Shown piece after piece: positions 1 to 14,372 of a DNA stretch of 64,000 bases. Numbering within the stretch: the stretch's first letter is position 1; each line of letters begins with the position of its first letter. The notes below the pieces were generated by a model. It saw only the letters and a program-made list of their open reading frames with translations, was not told the origin of the DNA and ran no database searches. The translations under genes and the position numbers were made by a program. Source of the stretch: an uncultured Chloroflexia bacterium (GTDB lineage Bacteria; Chloroflexota; Limnocylindria; Limnocylindrales; CSP1-4). The DNA is taken from the NCBI GenBank assembly GCA_963837825.1, contig CAWIOR010000006.1, forward strand, positions 111,954 to 175,953, read 5' to 3'.

Positions 1-36
1 GTCATCGTCCGCTGAAGCCGGGCGGAGGACGACGGC

Positions 37-2520
37 GTGCCCAGGAGCGGCTGGCTCGCGATCGGCTCGGTCCTCGCGGCGCTGGCCGGGCCGGCGGCGG
101 TCGAGCGGCTCGGGGTCGGCGGCGGGTCGGCGCCTGGTCGCCGGCTCGCGTTGGTCGTGGCCACGATCGGCCTGGCCGGCTCACGATCGCGCGCGACCCG
201 GCTCCAGGCCCGGCCGGCGCCTGCTCGCCGCTCGCGGCGGGCGCGCTCGCGATCGCGCTCCGGCTGCTGCTCGAGCGGCCCGCCCGTCGCCGAGCCCTCC
301 ATCCCGCTCGGCGATGGGCCGTGGACCGCGGACGTCGTCGGAGTCGGCTCGCCGCGCGACGGCCAGCAGTCGGCCACCCTGCGCGCTCGACGCCCGGGGG
401 ACACGCGGGTCGCGGCCACGCTTCCCCGCTACCCGGAGATCGCCCCGGGCGAGCGCGTCGCGACCTCGGGTCGGCTCGAGCCGCTGCCGGCCGACGACGG
501 CGGCTACGGCACGTACCTGCGCCGGATCGGCGTGGCGGCCACCCTGCGCGGCGCGGTCGCTCGACCGGCTCGCGAGCGACGGGTCGGCCGCCGGCGCCGT
601 CGAGAGCCTGCGGCGGTCGTCCGGCGAGGCACTGACCCGCGCCCTGCCCGAGCCGGAGGCGGGCCTGGCTGCCGGGATCCTCATCGGTCTCCGCGACCGG
701 GTCGATCGCGACCTCGCCGGCGCGTTCACGACCGCCGGGGTCAGCCACGTCGTCGCGATCTCCGGCTGGAACATCGCGATCGTCGCGGCCCTGGTCGGCG
801 GGTCTCCTCCGTGGCCGGCTCGGCCGACGCGGCCGGTCGGTCGTGACGCTCGTCGCGATCGTCGCCTACACGGTCGCCGCCGGGGCATCTCCGTCGGTCG
901 TCCGGGCGGCGGTCATGGCCGCGGTCGTCCTGCTCGCCCGGGAATCGGGCCGGGCCGGGGCGGCCGCGACCGCGCTCGGCTGGGCGGTCGTCCTGCTCCT
1001 GCTCGCCGATCCGGGCACCGTCGCCGATCCGGGCTTCCAGCTGTCGGTCCTGGCGACCGCGGGCCTCATCGCCTGGGCGACCCGGATCACCGAGCGGCTC
1101 CGATCGTGGCGCGCCGGCCTGCTGCCCGGCTGGCTGGCCGAGAGCCTCGGCGTCTCGTTCGCCGCCGAGGCCGCCACGTTGCCGGTCGTCCTGGCCGGGT
1201 TCGGGCGGTTCGCGGTCCTCGCCCCGGCGGTGAACCTGCTCGTCGTCCCACTCGTGCCGCCGGCGATGGCCGCCGGCACGCTCGCCCTCATCGGTGGCTG
1301 GCTCAGCCAGGCCGGCGCACCCGCGATCGTGGCGACCATCCTCGGGCTGCCGGGCTGGCTCGTGCTGGCGGCGCTCGTGGCGGTCGTCCGCGGGGCGGCG
1401 TCGCTCCCCTTCGCCAGCGTGGACGCTGCCCCCGCCATGGGGCATCTTGGCCGGGCTCGGTGCGGCCGCAGCGGTCGCCGTCGTCGCGTCCGGGGGCCTC
1501 GGTCCTCTCAGGACGCAGTTGGGTCGCCTCGCGGCGCGGCACGCTCGGCACCCTCGACGCGTCTCCGTCAGACCGCTGCCACGCTCCGCCGAACCGACGA
1601 CCGGCCACCGACCATCGCAGCGTCGTGACCGCCCGTCTCGGGGCGCCCGGGTCCTGGCGGTCGTCGTCGCCCTGTGTCTCGTCGCCGTCGTCGTCGTCGC
1701 GGCGAACCGGCCGGACGGGCGGGTCCGGGTGACGGTCCTCGACGTCGGCCAGGGCGACGCGATCCTCGTCGAGGGCGGCCGCGGCGGTCGGCTGCTGGTC
1801 GACGGCGGGCCGGATCCCGACCGGCTCCTCGTGGCCCTCGACGCGCGGCTCCCGCCGTGGGACCGGCGGATCGACCTGCTCGTCCTGACCCACCCGCACG
1901 AGGATCACGTCGCGGGGCTGGCCCTGCTCCTCAGCCGCTACCGGGTCGGCCGCACGTTCGAGCCCGGGATGATCGGCCCGGGACCGGGTTATCGGGCCTG
2001 GGAGGCGGCGCTCGACCGGCTCGCGCCTGCGACCCGACCGGCTGGCGACCGGCGACCGGTTCGGCCTCGACGAGGTCCGCTTCCGGGTCCTCTGGCCGGA
2101 CCCCGGCGCCGTCCCACGCCAGCCGGCGGACGGCGGCACGGCGATCAACAACGTCTCGATCGTCCTGCTCGGCGAGGTCGGCCGCGAGCGGTTCCTGCTG
2201 GCCGGCGACATCGAGGAGGGGATCGACCCGATCCTCGTCGCCCGTGGCCTGCCCGGGTCGACCTGCTCAAGATCGCCCACCACGGCAGTCGGACGTCGTC
2301 GACCGGGCCGTTCCTCGACGCCGTCCGGCCGCGGGTCGCGGTCGCCTCGGCGGGCAAGGGCAACCCGTACGGCCACCCGACGAAGGCGACCCTCGACCGG
2401 GTGGCCGCACGCGGAGCCGAGGTGCTGCGGACCGACCGGAACGGGAGCGTCGAGGTCACCTTCGACGGCGCGACCGAGCTCGACGTCCGACCCGAGCGGA
2501 GCGACCCAGCCGCGAGCGCG
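37..2520 (+). CDS. comEC: DNA internalization competence protein ComEC/Rec2. It has an N-terminal DUF4131-like membrane region, a polytopic competence domain and a C-terminal metallo-beta-lactamase domain. It can only be read through with at least 2 frame changes (near 846 and near 1300-1630) and may be 5'-truncated by the window edge.
   Basis: Pieces in three frames: 'LAIGSVLAALAG...', 'VLAGFGRFAVLAPAVNLLVVPLVPPAMAAGTLALIGGW' and 'VTVLDVGQGDAILVEGG...LLVLTHPHEDHVAGL...DRNGSVEVTFDGATELDV'. These match ComEC membrane and MBL-domain hallmarks. Confidence 0.75.
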
Positions 2521-2699
2521 GCCGACGATCCTCCGACGGTCGCGCTGCCGCTGACCGCGGGTCGACTCCACCGTCCTCGCCCGACCGCGCCTCGGCTTCA
2601 CCTGCGCGATCCCGGTCTCGAGCGGCTGACGGCGTCCGGCTGGCCCGACGAGGCCGGTCGGCCGAGCCCTTCGGGCGGGTCGCCCGTATCATCGGAGCG

Positions 2700-3340
2700 A
2701 TGTCCGTTCCCGACCGGCTGGCCGCCGCCGCGCTCCTCCTCGAGCTCGATCCGCCGCCGTGGGCGCTCCGCCACGCCCGGGCCGTGGCCGAGATCGCCGC
2801 CTGGCTGGCCGCGCGGATCGACGCACCGCGGGACACCCGTCGACCGGCGGCTGGTCGAGGCGGCCGCCCTCCTCCACGACGTCGACAAGCTCCTGCCCGC
2901 CGGCCGATCCGGCGCGCGCCCTCCCCCACGGCGACGGCTCGGCCGCCTGGCTGACGGCGCGCGGCCACCCCGAGCTCGCGCGGGCCGTCGCCGGACACCC
3001 GGTGACCCGGCTGGGCGACGAGCGCCGCTACCGGACATGGGTCGCCGTTCGCCAGCCGCGAGGAGCGGATCGTCGCCTACGCCGACAAGCGGGCCGGGCA
3101 GCGCCTCGAGTCGATGGACGCCCGGTTCGCGTCGTGGGCGCGGCGCTACCCGGTCGCCGCTCGGACGACGGCGACGGCCCGGCGGGTCCGCGCCCGGGCC
3201 GAGCGCCTCGAGGCCGACGTCTGTCGCGCCGCCGGGGTGCGCGCCGGACGAGCTCCGGCGACTGCGCTGGACCGGCCCGGCACTGCGGGCCGCGCGGACG
3301 CTCGAAGCGGGCAGAGCAGCCCGTCCGACAGCGCGCATCG
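2700..3340 (+). CDS. HD-domain phosphohydrolase-like protein, frameshifted.
   Basis: ATG at 2700. Segments 'LELDPPPWALRHARAVAEIAAWLA', 'LVEAAALLHDVDK' and 'ERIVAYADKRAGQRLESMDARFASWARRY' lie in different frames. These are HD-motif residues (H..HD..D). Confidence 0.5.
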
Positions 3341-3352
3341 GGCGGCCGCCGG

Positions 3353-4486
3353 ATGACGCCTTCGCGGAAGGCGTCCGACCCGGCGGCCCCGCTCGCCTAC
3401 TACTTCGGCGACGACGCCTGGTCGCTCGAGCGCGCCGCCGAGGCCCTCGCCCGACGGGTCGCCGGTGACGGGCGGGCCCGCCGCTCGAACGCTGGCGGGC
3501 GACCGGGGCGGCGACCAGCGCCGCCGTGATCGGCGAGCGGGTCGCGACCGGCGCGCTGTTCGGCGGCGGGACGGTCGCGGTCGTCGCCGACCCCGGCCCG
3601 CTCATCCGCTCGAAGGCCGCCCGCGAGGAGCTGACCGCGATGCTCGCGACCGTCGCCCCGGGCAATGCCCTCGTCTTCCTCGACCCGCTCGACCGGTTCC
3701 CCAAGGACGGACGGCTGACCGGGGATCGGGCGGCCCTGGCCGGCGCGATCGAGACGGCCGGGGGCGAGGTCCGCGGCTTCGCGGCGCCGACCGCGGGCGG
3801 GATGGCCCGCTGGATCGAGGATCGGGCCGCCGAGCGCGGGATGCGCCTCGACCGGGGCGCCGCCCAGGCGCTGGCCGAGCGGGTCGGCGCGTTCGTCCGC
3901 GAGGGCGACGTCGATCGCCGTCGCCAGGGCCAGCTGGCCGTCCAGGAGCTCGACAAGCTCGCCCTCTACCGGCTCGATCAGGCGGTCACGACCGACGACG
4001 TCCGCGCCCTGGTCGCCGAGGCGGTGCCCGCGTCCACGTGGGGGCTGCTCGACGCGATCGCCTGGCGCCGGACGCCGCGACGCAGCCGACCTCCTCGAGC
4101 GGGTCCTCGACGTGACCCCCGAGCCGGTCGTCCTCGTCCAGCTCCACCGTCGCCTGCGCGAGCTCATCGAGGTCGCCGATCTCGTCGCGAGCGGGACGCC
4201 GATCCGCGACCTGCCGCGGGTCCTCAAGCTCCACCCGTTCCGGGCCGAGACCCTGGCCAAGCAGGCCGCGGGCTGGACGCTCGGCGAGCTCGAGGGCGCC
4301 CTCGACGGCCTCCTCGAGCTCGACGCGAAGGTGAAGGGCGCCGGTCGGGCGATGGGCACCGAGCGCACCCGCCGGCTCGACTTCACCCTGTGGCTGGCGA
4401 CCTCGGTGGCGCCCGGCGGCGCGACACCGCGCGCGGATGCGGAGGGGTCGGCAGCGCCTCGCCGACGAGGCGGGCTACGGGCCTAG
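3353..4486 (+). CDS. holA: DNA polymerase III delta subunit (HolA); frame changes near 3530 and 4100.
   Basis: Segments 'PLAYYFGDDAWSLERAAEAL', 'VAVVADPGPLIRSKAAREELTAMLATVAPGNALVFLD...LDKLALYRLDQAVTTDDVRALV' and the C-terminal 'LVQLHRRLRELIEV...LELDAKVKGAG' match the delta-subunit fold. The gene follows comEC, as is typical. Confidence 0.7.
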
Positions 4487-4737
4487 CGGCCCGACGACCA
4501 GGCCTGTTCCTGGACGACGAGGTCGCTCTCGATCGCGAACGTGCAGACGGCGCGGTCGAGGTCGAGCAGGTCGAGCAGGTCCGGGTCCACGAACAGCTGG
4601 ACGCAGCCCTGGCAGAGGCTGCCCGGGATGCCGAAGCACAGGCGCTCGGAGCTGTCGTCGAGTCGGAAGGCCGTGTCGAAGCGGCTGACGACGAGCTTGC
4701 TGCTGCAGCGGGGACAGCGCTCGCGAGTGCGCGACAT
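4483..4737 (-). CDS. Small zinc-ribbon protein (CPRC...CQGC), function unknown.
   Basis: 84-aa ORF with ordinary composition, unlike the surrounding GC-artefact ORFs. It starts 'MSRTRERCPRCSSKLVV' and carries a second 'CQGC' pair. It sits in a locally lower-GC pocket between holA and rsfS. Confidence 0.45.
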   Translation of the reverse strand: MSRTRERCPRCSSKLVVSRFDTAFRLDDSSERLCFGIPGSLCQGCVQLFVDPDLLDLLDLDRAVCTFAIESDLVVQEQAWSSGR

Positions 4738-4881
4738 CCGGTCCTGACCTCTGGAAGTGGCGCCCCACGGCGCCCTCGGACCGGATTCAACGTGGCGCCG
4801 GCCAGTCCCGACATGACCCGACGGTACTACCCCGATCCGGCGGTCGGACGGGAGCCGCGGCAGCGGCCCGCCCGCCGGCGG

Positions 4882-5290
4882 CTACTGGACGCGGAGGATC
4901 GTCTTCGCCTCGGACCAGTACTTCTCGAGCTGGTAGTAGTCGCGCTCGGGCGGGGTGAAGATGTGGACGATCACCCCGCCGAAGTCGAGCAGGACCCAGT
5001 GCGAGGCGGCGACCCCTTCCCGCCCGATCGGGCGGACCCCTTCGTCCCGCAGCCCGGACAGGACCCCGTCGGCGATCGCCTCGAGCTGGCGCTCGGAGCC
5101 ACCGGAGCAGATGACGAACGCGTCGGCCAGGGTGGTCAGCTCGGCGACGTCGAGGAGGACGATGTCGGCCGCCTTCTTGTCCTCGGCCAGCTCGACGACC
5201 CGCCGGGCGACGTCGAGCGAGGCGCGCCCGTCGAGCGGCGCCGGCGTCTCCCGGGCGGGCAGGCCGAGCCTGGCCTTGGCACGGGAGGGC
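4882..5290 (-). CDS. rsfS: Ribosomal silencing factor RsfS (Iojap/DUF143).
   Basis: C-terminal region 'DIVLLDVAELTTLADAFVICSGGSERQLEAIADGV...WVLLDFGGVIVHIFTPPERDYYQLEKYW' is a strong RsfS signature. It lies downstream of nadD, in the conserved order. Confidence 0.8.
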
Positions 5291-5347
5291 CTGGCTCGGG
5301 TCGGCTTCGCTGGCGAGCTGGCGGGATCGGTCACGGTCGGGCGGTCC

Positions 5348-6003
5348 TCACTGCTGGCTGGGTCTGGGGGCGGCGTACAGGCCATGGTCGCCGATGTAGG
5401 CGATGACCGCATCGGGCACGAGGTAGCGGATCGAGCGTCCGGCCGCGACCCGGTCCCGGATCGACGAGCCCGAGATGGCGAGCCGCGGTCCGTCGAGGAC
5501 GATCGTCCGCCGGTCCGCGCCCGGGACGAGCCGGGCCATCGCCGCGAGGTCTGCCGGCGCCGCGCCGGGACGCGGCACGACGGCCATCCGGCACAGCTCG
5601 AGGATCCGTTCCGGCCGGTGCCAGGTCGACAGCCCGGCATAGGCCTCGGCCGACAGGATGAACGTGAGATCCGCCGCCCGACCGGCGGTGCGGGCCTCCG
5701 CGGCCAGGCCCTCGAGCGTGTCGACCGCGTACGACGGACCGTCCCGGTCGACCTCGACCCGGCTGAGCGCGAAGGCCGGGTTGTCGGCGATGGCCAGCGC
5801 GACCATCGCGACCCGGTCCTCGGCCGGGCTGACCGGACGCCCCGGCTTGTGGACGGGCAGCCGGGCCGGCACGAAGAGGATCCGCTCGAGCCCGAGCGCC
5901 TCGCGGACCTCCTCGGCGATCGCCAGGTGCCCGAGGTGGATCGGGTCGAACGTGCCGCCGAGGACGCCGATCGAGCCCGGGACGAGGGTGGTGACGCTCA
6001 CCC
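5348..6003 (-). CDS. nadD: Nicotinate-nucleotide adenylyltransferase NadD.
   Basis: '[21 protein letters not shown]...[16 protein letters not shown]' carries the (H/T)xGH nucleotidyltransferase motif. Confidence 0.85.
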
Positions 6004-7293
6004 GACCTCCCACGCCTCGCGGTCCCACTCGAGCTCGACGGCGCCGATCCGGACCGTGTCGCCCGTCGCGACCCCGGCCCGGCGCAGCTCCGCCTCGACC
6101 CCGAGCCGGGCGAGATCGCGCTGGAAGCGGTCGGCCGACTCGTCGACCTCGAAGTCGGTCTGGGCGGCGATCCGCTCGATCCGCCGGCCCCTGACCCGGA
6201 ACGCACCGTCCGGCTCGCGCTCGACGACGAAGCCGTCCCCGAGCGACTCGATCCGGTGGACGACGACTCCGGCCGGCTCGACCGGGCGGCCGAGCTCGGC
6301 CGCGTCGGGCAGCAGCTCCGCGAGGACCGCCCGCAGCTCGGGGATCCCCTCGCCGGTCGCCGCCGAGATCGCCACGCAGGTCATGCCCTCGCCGCGACGG
6401 GCGTCGCGGAAGGCGGCCCAGGCGACCTTGGCGGTGGACCGGTCGATCTTGTTGAAGGCGACGAGCATCGGCTTCGCGAGGAGCGCCGGGTCGTGGGCCG
6501 CGAGCTCGTCGCGGATGACGCCATACGCCCATTCGGGGTCCCGGTCGGACCCGTCGACGACGTGGACGAGGACCCGCGTCCGCTCGACGTGGCGGAGGAA
6601 GGCATGGCCGAGGCCGGCCCCCTGGCTGGCGCCCTCGATCAGCCCGGGGACGTCGGCGATGGTCGGACGGCGCTCGTCGCCGTCGCCCAGGTCGAGCACG
6701 CCGAGGTTCGGCTCGAGGGTCGTGAACGGGTAGTCGGCGATCTTCGGACGGGCTGCGGTGAGGGCCGCGAGGAGGGTCGACTTGCCGGCGTTCGGCAGCC
6801 CGACCAGGCCGACGTCGGCGATGAGCCGGAGCTCGAGCCGGATCCAGCGCTCCTCGCCGGGCTCGCCCTTCTGAGCGTGCTTCGGGGTCCGGTGGGTCGC
6901 CGTCGCGAAGTGGACGTTGCCGAGGCCGCCGCGGCCGCCCGCGGGCGATCATCGCCAGCTGCTCGCTCGAGACCAGGTCGGCGATCAGCTCGCCCGTCGC
7001 GTCGTCGTGGACCGCGGTCCCCGGGGGGACGGCCAGGACGAGGTCGCCGCCGGCCTTGCCGTGCTTCTTCGAGCCCGTCCCGCGGCCACCCGACTCGGCC
7101 TTGAAGTGGCGATGCTGGCGGTAGTCCCGGAGGGTCGTCTGGCCCGGATCGACCCGGAGGTGGATCGAACCGCCCCGCCCGCCGTCGCCGCCATCCGGGC
7201 CGCCGCGCGGCACGTGGGCCTCACGCCGGAACGTCGCCGCCCCGTCCCCGCCGTCACCGGCGCGGACGTGGATCTTCACCTGGTCGAGGAACA
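5998..7293 (-). CDS. obg: GTPase Obg/CgtA; frame changes around 6700-6900.
   Basis: N-terminal '[44 protein letters not shown]' is the Obg fold. '[10 protein letters not shown]' marks the G domain, and the C-terminal TGS-like region ends '[11 protein letters not shown]'. Confidence 0.85.
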
Positions 7294-7390
7294 TCGACCA
7301 GATCGTCGCACAGTCGGGCTGGGATCGCGGTCGCTGCGCAGGACGGGGGCCCGCGGCGGATCCGCGCGGGTCAGCCGGCCCGACCGCGAC

Positions 7391-8570
7391 CTACAGGTAG
7401 GCGAGCGGGTTGACCCGGTACGACGAGTTGTCCCAGGGATGACCGCGCCAGACCTCGAAGTGGCAGTGCGGACCGGTCGCCCAGCCGGACTGACCGACCC
7501 GACCGACCTGTCCGCCGCGGCCGACGTGTTCGCCGACCCCGACCGTGATCGCCGACATGTGGTTGTACGTCGTGTACAGCCCGGAGCCGTGAGCGATCCA
7601 GACCTGGTAGCCGCCGCCGTTCCCCTTCCAGCCGGCGAAGATGACCGTGCCGCTGGCCGCGGCGACGATCCGGCTGCCGTACGGGGCGGCGATGTCGAGG
7701 GCCGGGTGCCCGTAATGGAAGTACTGGCTGATGTACCCGCCGGGAACGGGCCAGGCGAACTGACCGCCGCCGTACGAGGCGGGTGTCGTGTAGTGGCCGC
7801 CACCGCCGCTGGCCGGACGGGCCTTCGGCTTCGGGGCGGCGGGGATCGGCTTGCCGTGACCGCCCGGCAGGATGAGCGTCTGGCCGACGCTGACCTTGTC
7901 GCTGGCGAGGCCGTTGAACGACAGGATGTCCGCTTCCGGGATGTCCGCGGCGGCGGCGATCTTGGCCAGCGTCTCGCCCGCCTTGACGACGTGGACGGTG
8001 CCGTCGACCGGCGGGATCAGGAGCTTCTGCCCGACCTTGAGGTCGTCCTTGGACTTGAGGTGGTTCGCCCACCACAGCGTCATCATCGAGACACCGAAGT
8101 GGCGGGCGATCCCGGTCAGCGTGTCACCGGATCGGACGCGGTAGGTCCGGATCGCCTCGGAGGCGTCGGCGATCGAGGTGTCGACGGCGATCGGCTTGAG
8201 CAGCGTGCCGTCGGCCAGGTACGGACCCTCGGGCCGCGGCGTCAGGCTGCGCGTCGGCCGACAGGTCGAGCCTGGCGAGCCCGGCAGGGTCGAGACCGCC
8301 GTCGACGCCGACGCCCGAGTCGACCGCTTCCCCGCCGTTCTCGAGCCCGGCCACCGCGAGCCGCGGGGCCTGGCCGCCGCTGGTCGTACCACCCACCGCG
8401 CCGGTCGGGGCGGGGGTGGCGATCGAGCTCAACGAGCCGAACAGGACGAGGAGGGCGACCCCGATCGGGAGGAGCCGCTCGCGGCCGGCGAGCCGCGCTC
8501 GGATCGCCGCCGCTCGTCCGGGCTTGATCCCCAACCTCGCGGCAAGCCGCTCCTGGCGGCTCAGGCGGTG
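7391..8570 (-). CDS. LysM-domain M23 family metallopeptidase with an N-terminal signal/TM region; frameshift near 8390.
   Basis: Two LysM-like segments ('YRVRSGDTLTGIARHFGVS', 'HVVKAGETLAKIAAAADI') are followed by the M23 core 'GGYQVWIAHGSGLYTTYNHMS...GWATGPHCHFEVW'. Confidence 0.8.
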
Positions 8571-8950
8571 GGCGCCGTGGGCGATCACCGGGCGCACCGG
8601 CGCGGCACCGATGGCCGCGAACCGGGCGACGACCGCTCGTACCAGCGCCGAGCTCCGATCGCGGAGGGCGCCGGCCGAGGAAAGCGGCGACGTGGTGCGG
8701 TCAGGCCGGAGACGCCGAAGGGCGTCGCGGCCCCTGACCGTCGCGTTCTGCAATACGGTCTCCTGAAGGAGGTGGACGGGCTTCGCGAGGAAGTGGCGCC
8801 TGGGGGTCGCCGTCCGAGTCGGGGCGCGGTATCGAGCTGGGGGTCTCTTTCGCGCGGGGGATCCGGCGGGGCGCCGGCTGTCCCGATGACGGTCGAACGG
8901 TAGCAGACCAGGGTCCCGGCTGGCAAACCCAGGGGTCGACCGGAACCGGG

Positions 8951-10360
<1,410 letters not shown>

Positions 10361-10888
10361 GAGTGGGTAGGGAGAGGCCGTTGGCTCGCGCGGAATCGCT
10401 CCGCTGCGCAGGCCTCGGTGGGAACAGGGTCAGGATAGAGGGGCGGTGCCCCCTCGTCAATGGGGGTCGCTGGGCGCCAGGTCACGCATGAGGGCGGGCC
10501 GCCAGCGGGTCGCGATGCCTGCGGCCGGCTCGGGGCGCCTGCAGCCCCGCTCGCGTCGCCGTACAGCAACCGCCGTGGTCGTAAGTGACGGATCCGGCCT
10601 GCAGCGCCCCGGTCGGTTCGATCCCCACGCTCGCTCTCGATCGAGGAGGTCGCCAGCGACCCACGAACGCCACCTAAGAGCACGCCGGTCACTATCCGGG
10701 GATCCTCAGGCGGCGGGCCGCCGGACGGGGCCGTCGCCGCGGACAGGGCGCCGGCGTTCCGGTCGGTTCGCCCGGAGCGGTGCTGGGCAGCCATGGAACC
10801 CGATCGGCGGCCCGTGTGCGTGCAGCTGAAGGTCAAGACGGCACGTTCGCCGACAACCCCGGCCGGAGCCGTAGCCCCAAGTGGCCCC

Positions 10889-11549
10889 TCAGCCCTTCGC
10901 CGCGGAGGCGGCCCGGGCCTTCTGCCAGTCGGCCTTGAACTGGGCGATCCCCTTGTCGGTCAGCGGGTGATGGACCATCTGCTGGAGGACCTTGAACGGG
11001 ATCGTCGCGATGTGGGCCCCCGCCAGCGCCGACTGGGTCACGTGGAGCGGGTGGCGGATGGAGGCCGACAGGATCTCCGCCTCGATCTCGTGGATGGCGA
11101 AGATCTCGGCCAGCTCGCGGATGACGATCATCCCGTCCTGGTTGATGTCGTCGAGTCGGCCCACGAACGGCGAGATGAGGCTGGCTCCCGCCTTTGCCGC
11201 AAGGAGGCCCTGGTTGGCGCTGAAGATCAGCGTGCAGTTCGTCCGGATCCCCTCGTCGGCGAGCCGGCTGATCGCCTCGAGGCCGTTCTCGCTCATCGCC
11301 ACCTTGACCACGATGTTCGGGGCGATCTTGGCGAAGTGGCGGGCCTCCGTGAGCATCTCCTCGACATCGTCGCTGACGACCTCGGCTGAGACCGGCCCCG
11401 AGGTGATCCGGCAGACCTCGGCGAGGATCTCGTCGTACGAGCCACCGACCTTGGCGTACAGGGTCGGGTTGGTGGTGACCCCGTCGAGGACGCCCCAGCG
11501 GGCGGCCGTCCGGATCTCATCGATCTCGGCGGTGTCGAGGAAGATCTTC
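10889..11549 (-). CDS. tal: Transaldolase of the short type (fructose-6-phosphate aldolase/Tal subfamily 3B, about 220 aa).
   Basis: 'MKIFLDTAEIDEIRTAARWGVLDGVTTNPTL...IVVKVAMSENGLEAI...TNCTLIFSANQ...SPFVGRLDD' is a full-length match to the Tal/FSA family. Confidence 0.9.
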
Positions 11550-11583
11550 ATCGGGACACTCTCCAGCGGTCGCGCGGGGTGGG

Positions 11584-13308
<1,725 letters not shown>

Positions 13309-13370
13309 TTACTGATGCTATCGGAAGACCGGTCCGGAGGCAACCGGTCAGGGGGGTCGGAGGTCTCTAG

Positions 13371-14372
13371 CGGACGACGATCCCGTCCCCGGCTCGCTCC
13401 ACCGAGGTCACCCGGTCGAGGTCGCCGAACACGGCGAAGGCGACCTCGGCCTCGAGCGCCTCACCTGGCTCAAGTGACCGCGCCCGACCGGCCGCGATCG
13501 CCTCCTCGAGCTGCATCGGATGGCTCGTCCACGGCTCGAGCGCGACGTGATGGTGGCCACGCCAGCCGCCGTAGACCTGCCACAGCCAGGCGTGGCGGAA
13601 GACCTCGGTCGGGAAGACGATGGCGACACCTCGACGGGCCTGCTGTGTCGGTCAGGGCGAGCCACCCGTCGGGCAGGTCGAGCGCCCAATGGCCGCCGAA
13701 GACGGCATCGGTCCGCGGTCGGACGATCCGGCGTGTCCCGCCAGCCGCCCGGCGCCGATGGATCGGGCAGCCTGGCCACTCGTAGGTCTGACCGACCGTG
13801 CCGATCGACGGGTCGGACGAGACCCCGACGAGCATCGTCCGTCCGGGGTGGTCGATCCGATGCCCGGGGCCGACCGCGAAGACCGGGTGGATCCCCCAGA
13901 TGAACGGCAGCGGCCGCACGTCGAGGTTGACGATCCGATAGCTGGCCCGGACCACCGGCTCGTCGTCCCGGACCGACAGCCGGCGCTCCAGCCTGGCCGG
14001 GGCCATCGTCGCGTGGCCGATCGGTGATCACGGCCACCTCGTCCGGATCGGCCTCGACGGTCGCGGTCCACGGCACCGACCACATCTCGCCCATGTAGGG
14101 CAGGAGCTCACCGTGAAGGCGGGCGCGATCGCCGGTCGGGAAGATCTCGTCCCAGCCGCCGCACCACCAGTCGTCGAAGTGGGCGCCGTACGGGGCTCGG
14201 CGGGGTGGCGTCCGCGGGTTGTGCCAGAACACGTCGCGATCGGCCTTCCGATCGATGAGCTCGACGACCTTGGCGCCCAGCTCCGGGAGGACCGTCACGC
14301 GGATCGCCTCGTTCTCGAGGCTGACCGCCTCCAGCCCATCGTCACGCACGGCCCGCTCGACCCGGGGGCTCA
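13371..14372 (-). CDS. Aldose-1-epimerase-like/DUF4432-family protein (galactose-mutarotase fold), with at least 2 frame changes.
   Basis: Segments across three minus frames: 'LENEAIRVTVLPELGAKVVELIDRKADRDVFWHNPR', 'RIVNLDVRPLPFIWGIHPVFAVGPGHRIDHP', 'RFLRHAWLWQVYGGWRGHHHVALEPW'. The pattern resembles the mutarotase superfamily. Confidence 0.5.

Noticed and set aside
2-4400. Numerous 100-450-aa Arg/Ala/Pro/Gly-rich ORFs on both strands (for example 2..748-, 1303..2601-, 2598..3956-, 3400..4386-)
   Set aside because: They have a typical high-GC stop-codon-poor artefact composition (more than 50% R, A, P and G). They overlap the well-supported comEC, HD and holA reading frames.
10615-10624. GGTTCGATCC, resembling the universal tRNA T-loop (GGTTCGAATCC), in the rho leader
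   Set aside because: No acceptor, D or anticodon stems can be paired around it. The flanks do not complement each other, and the motif is one nucleotide short. It is treated as chance or a leader hairpin component.
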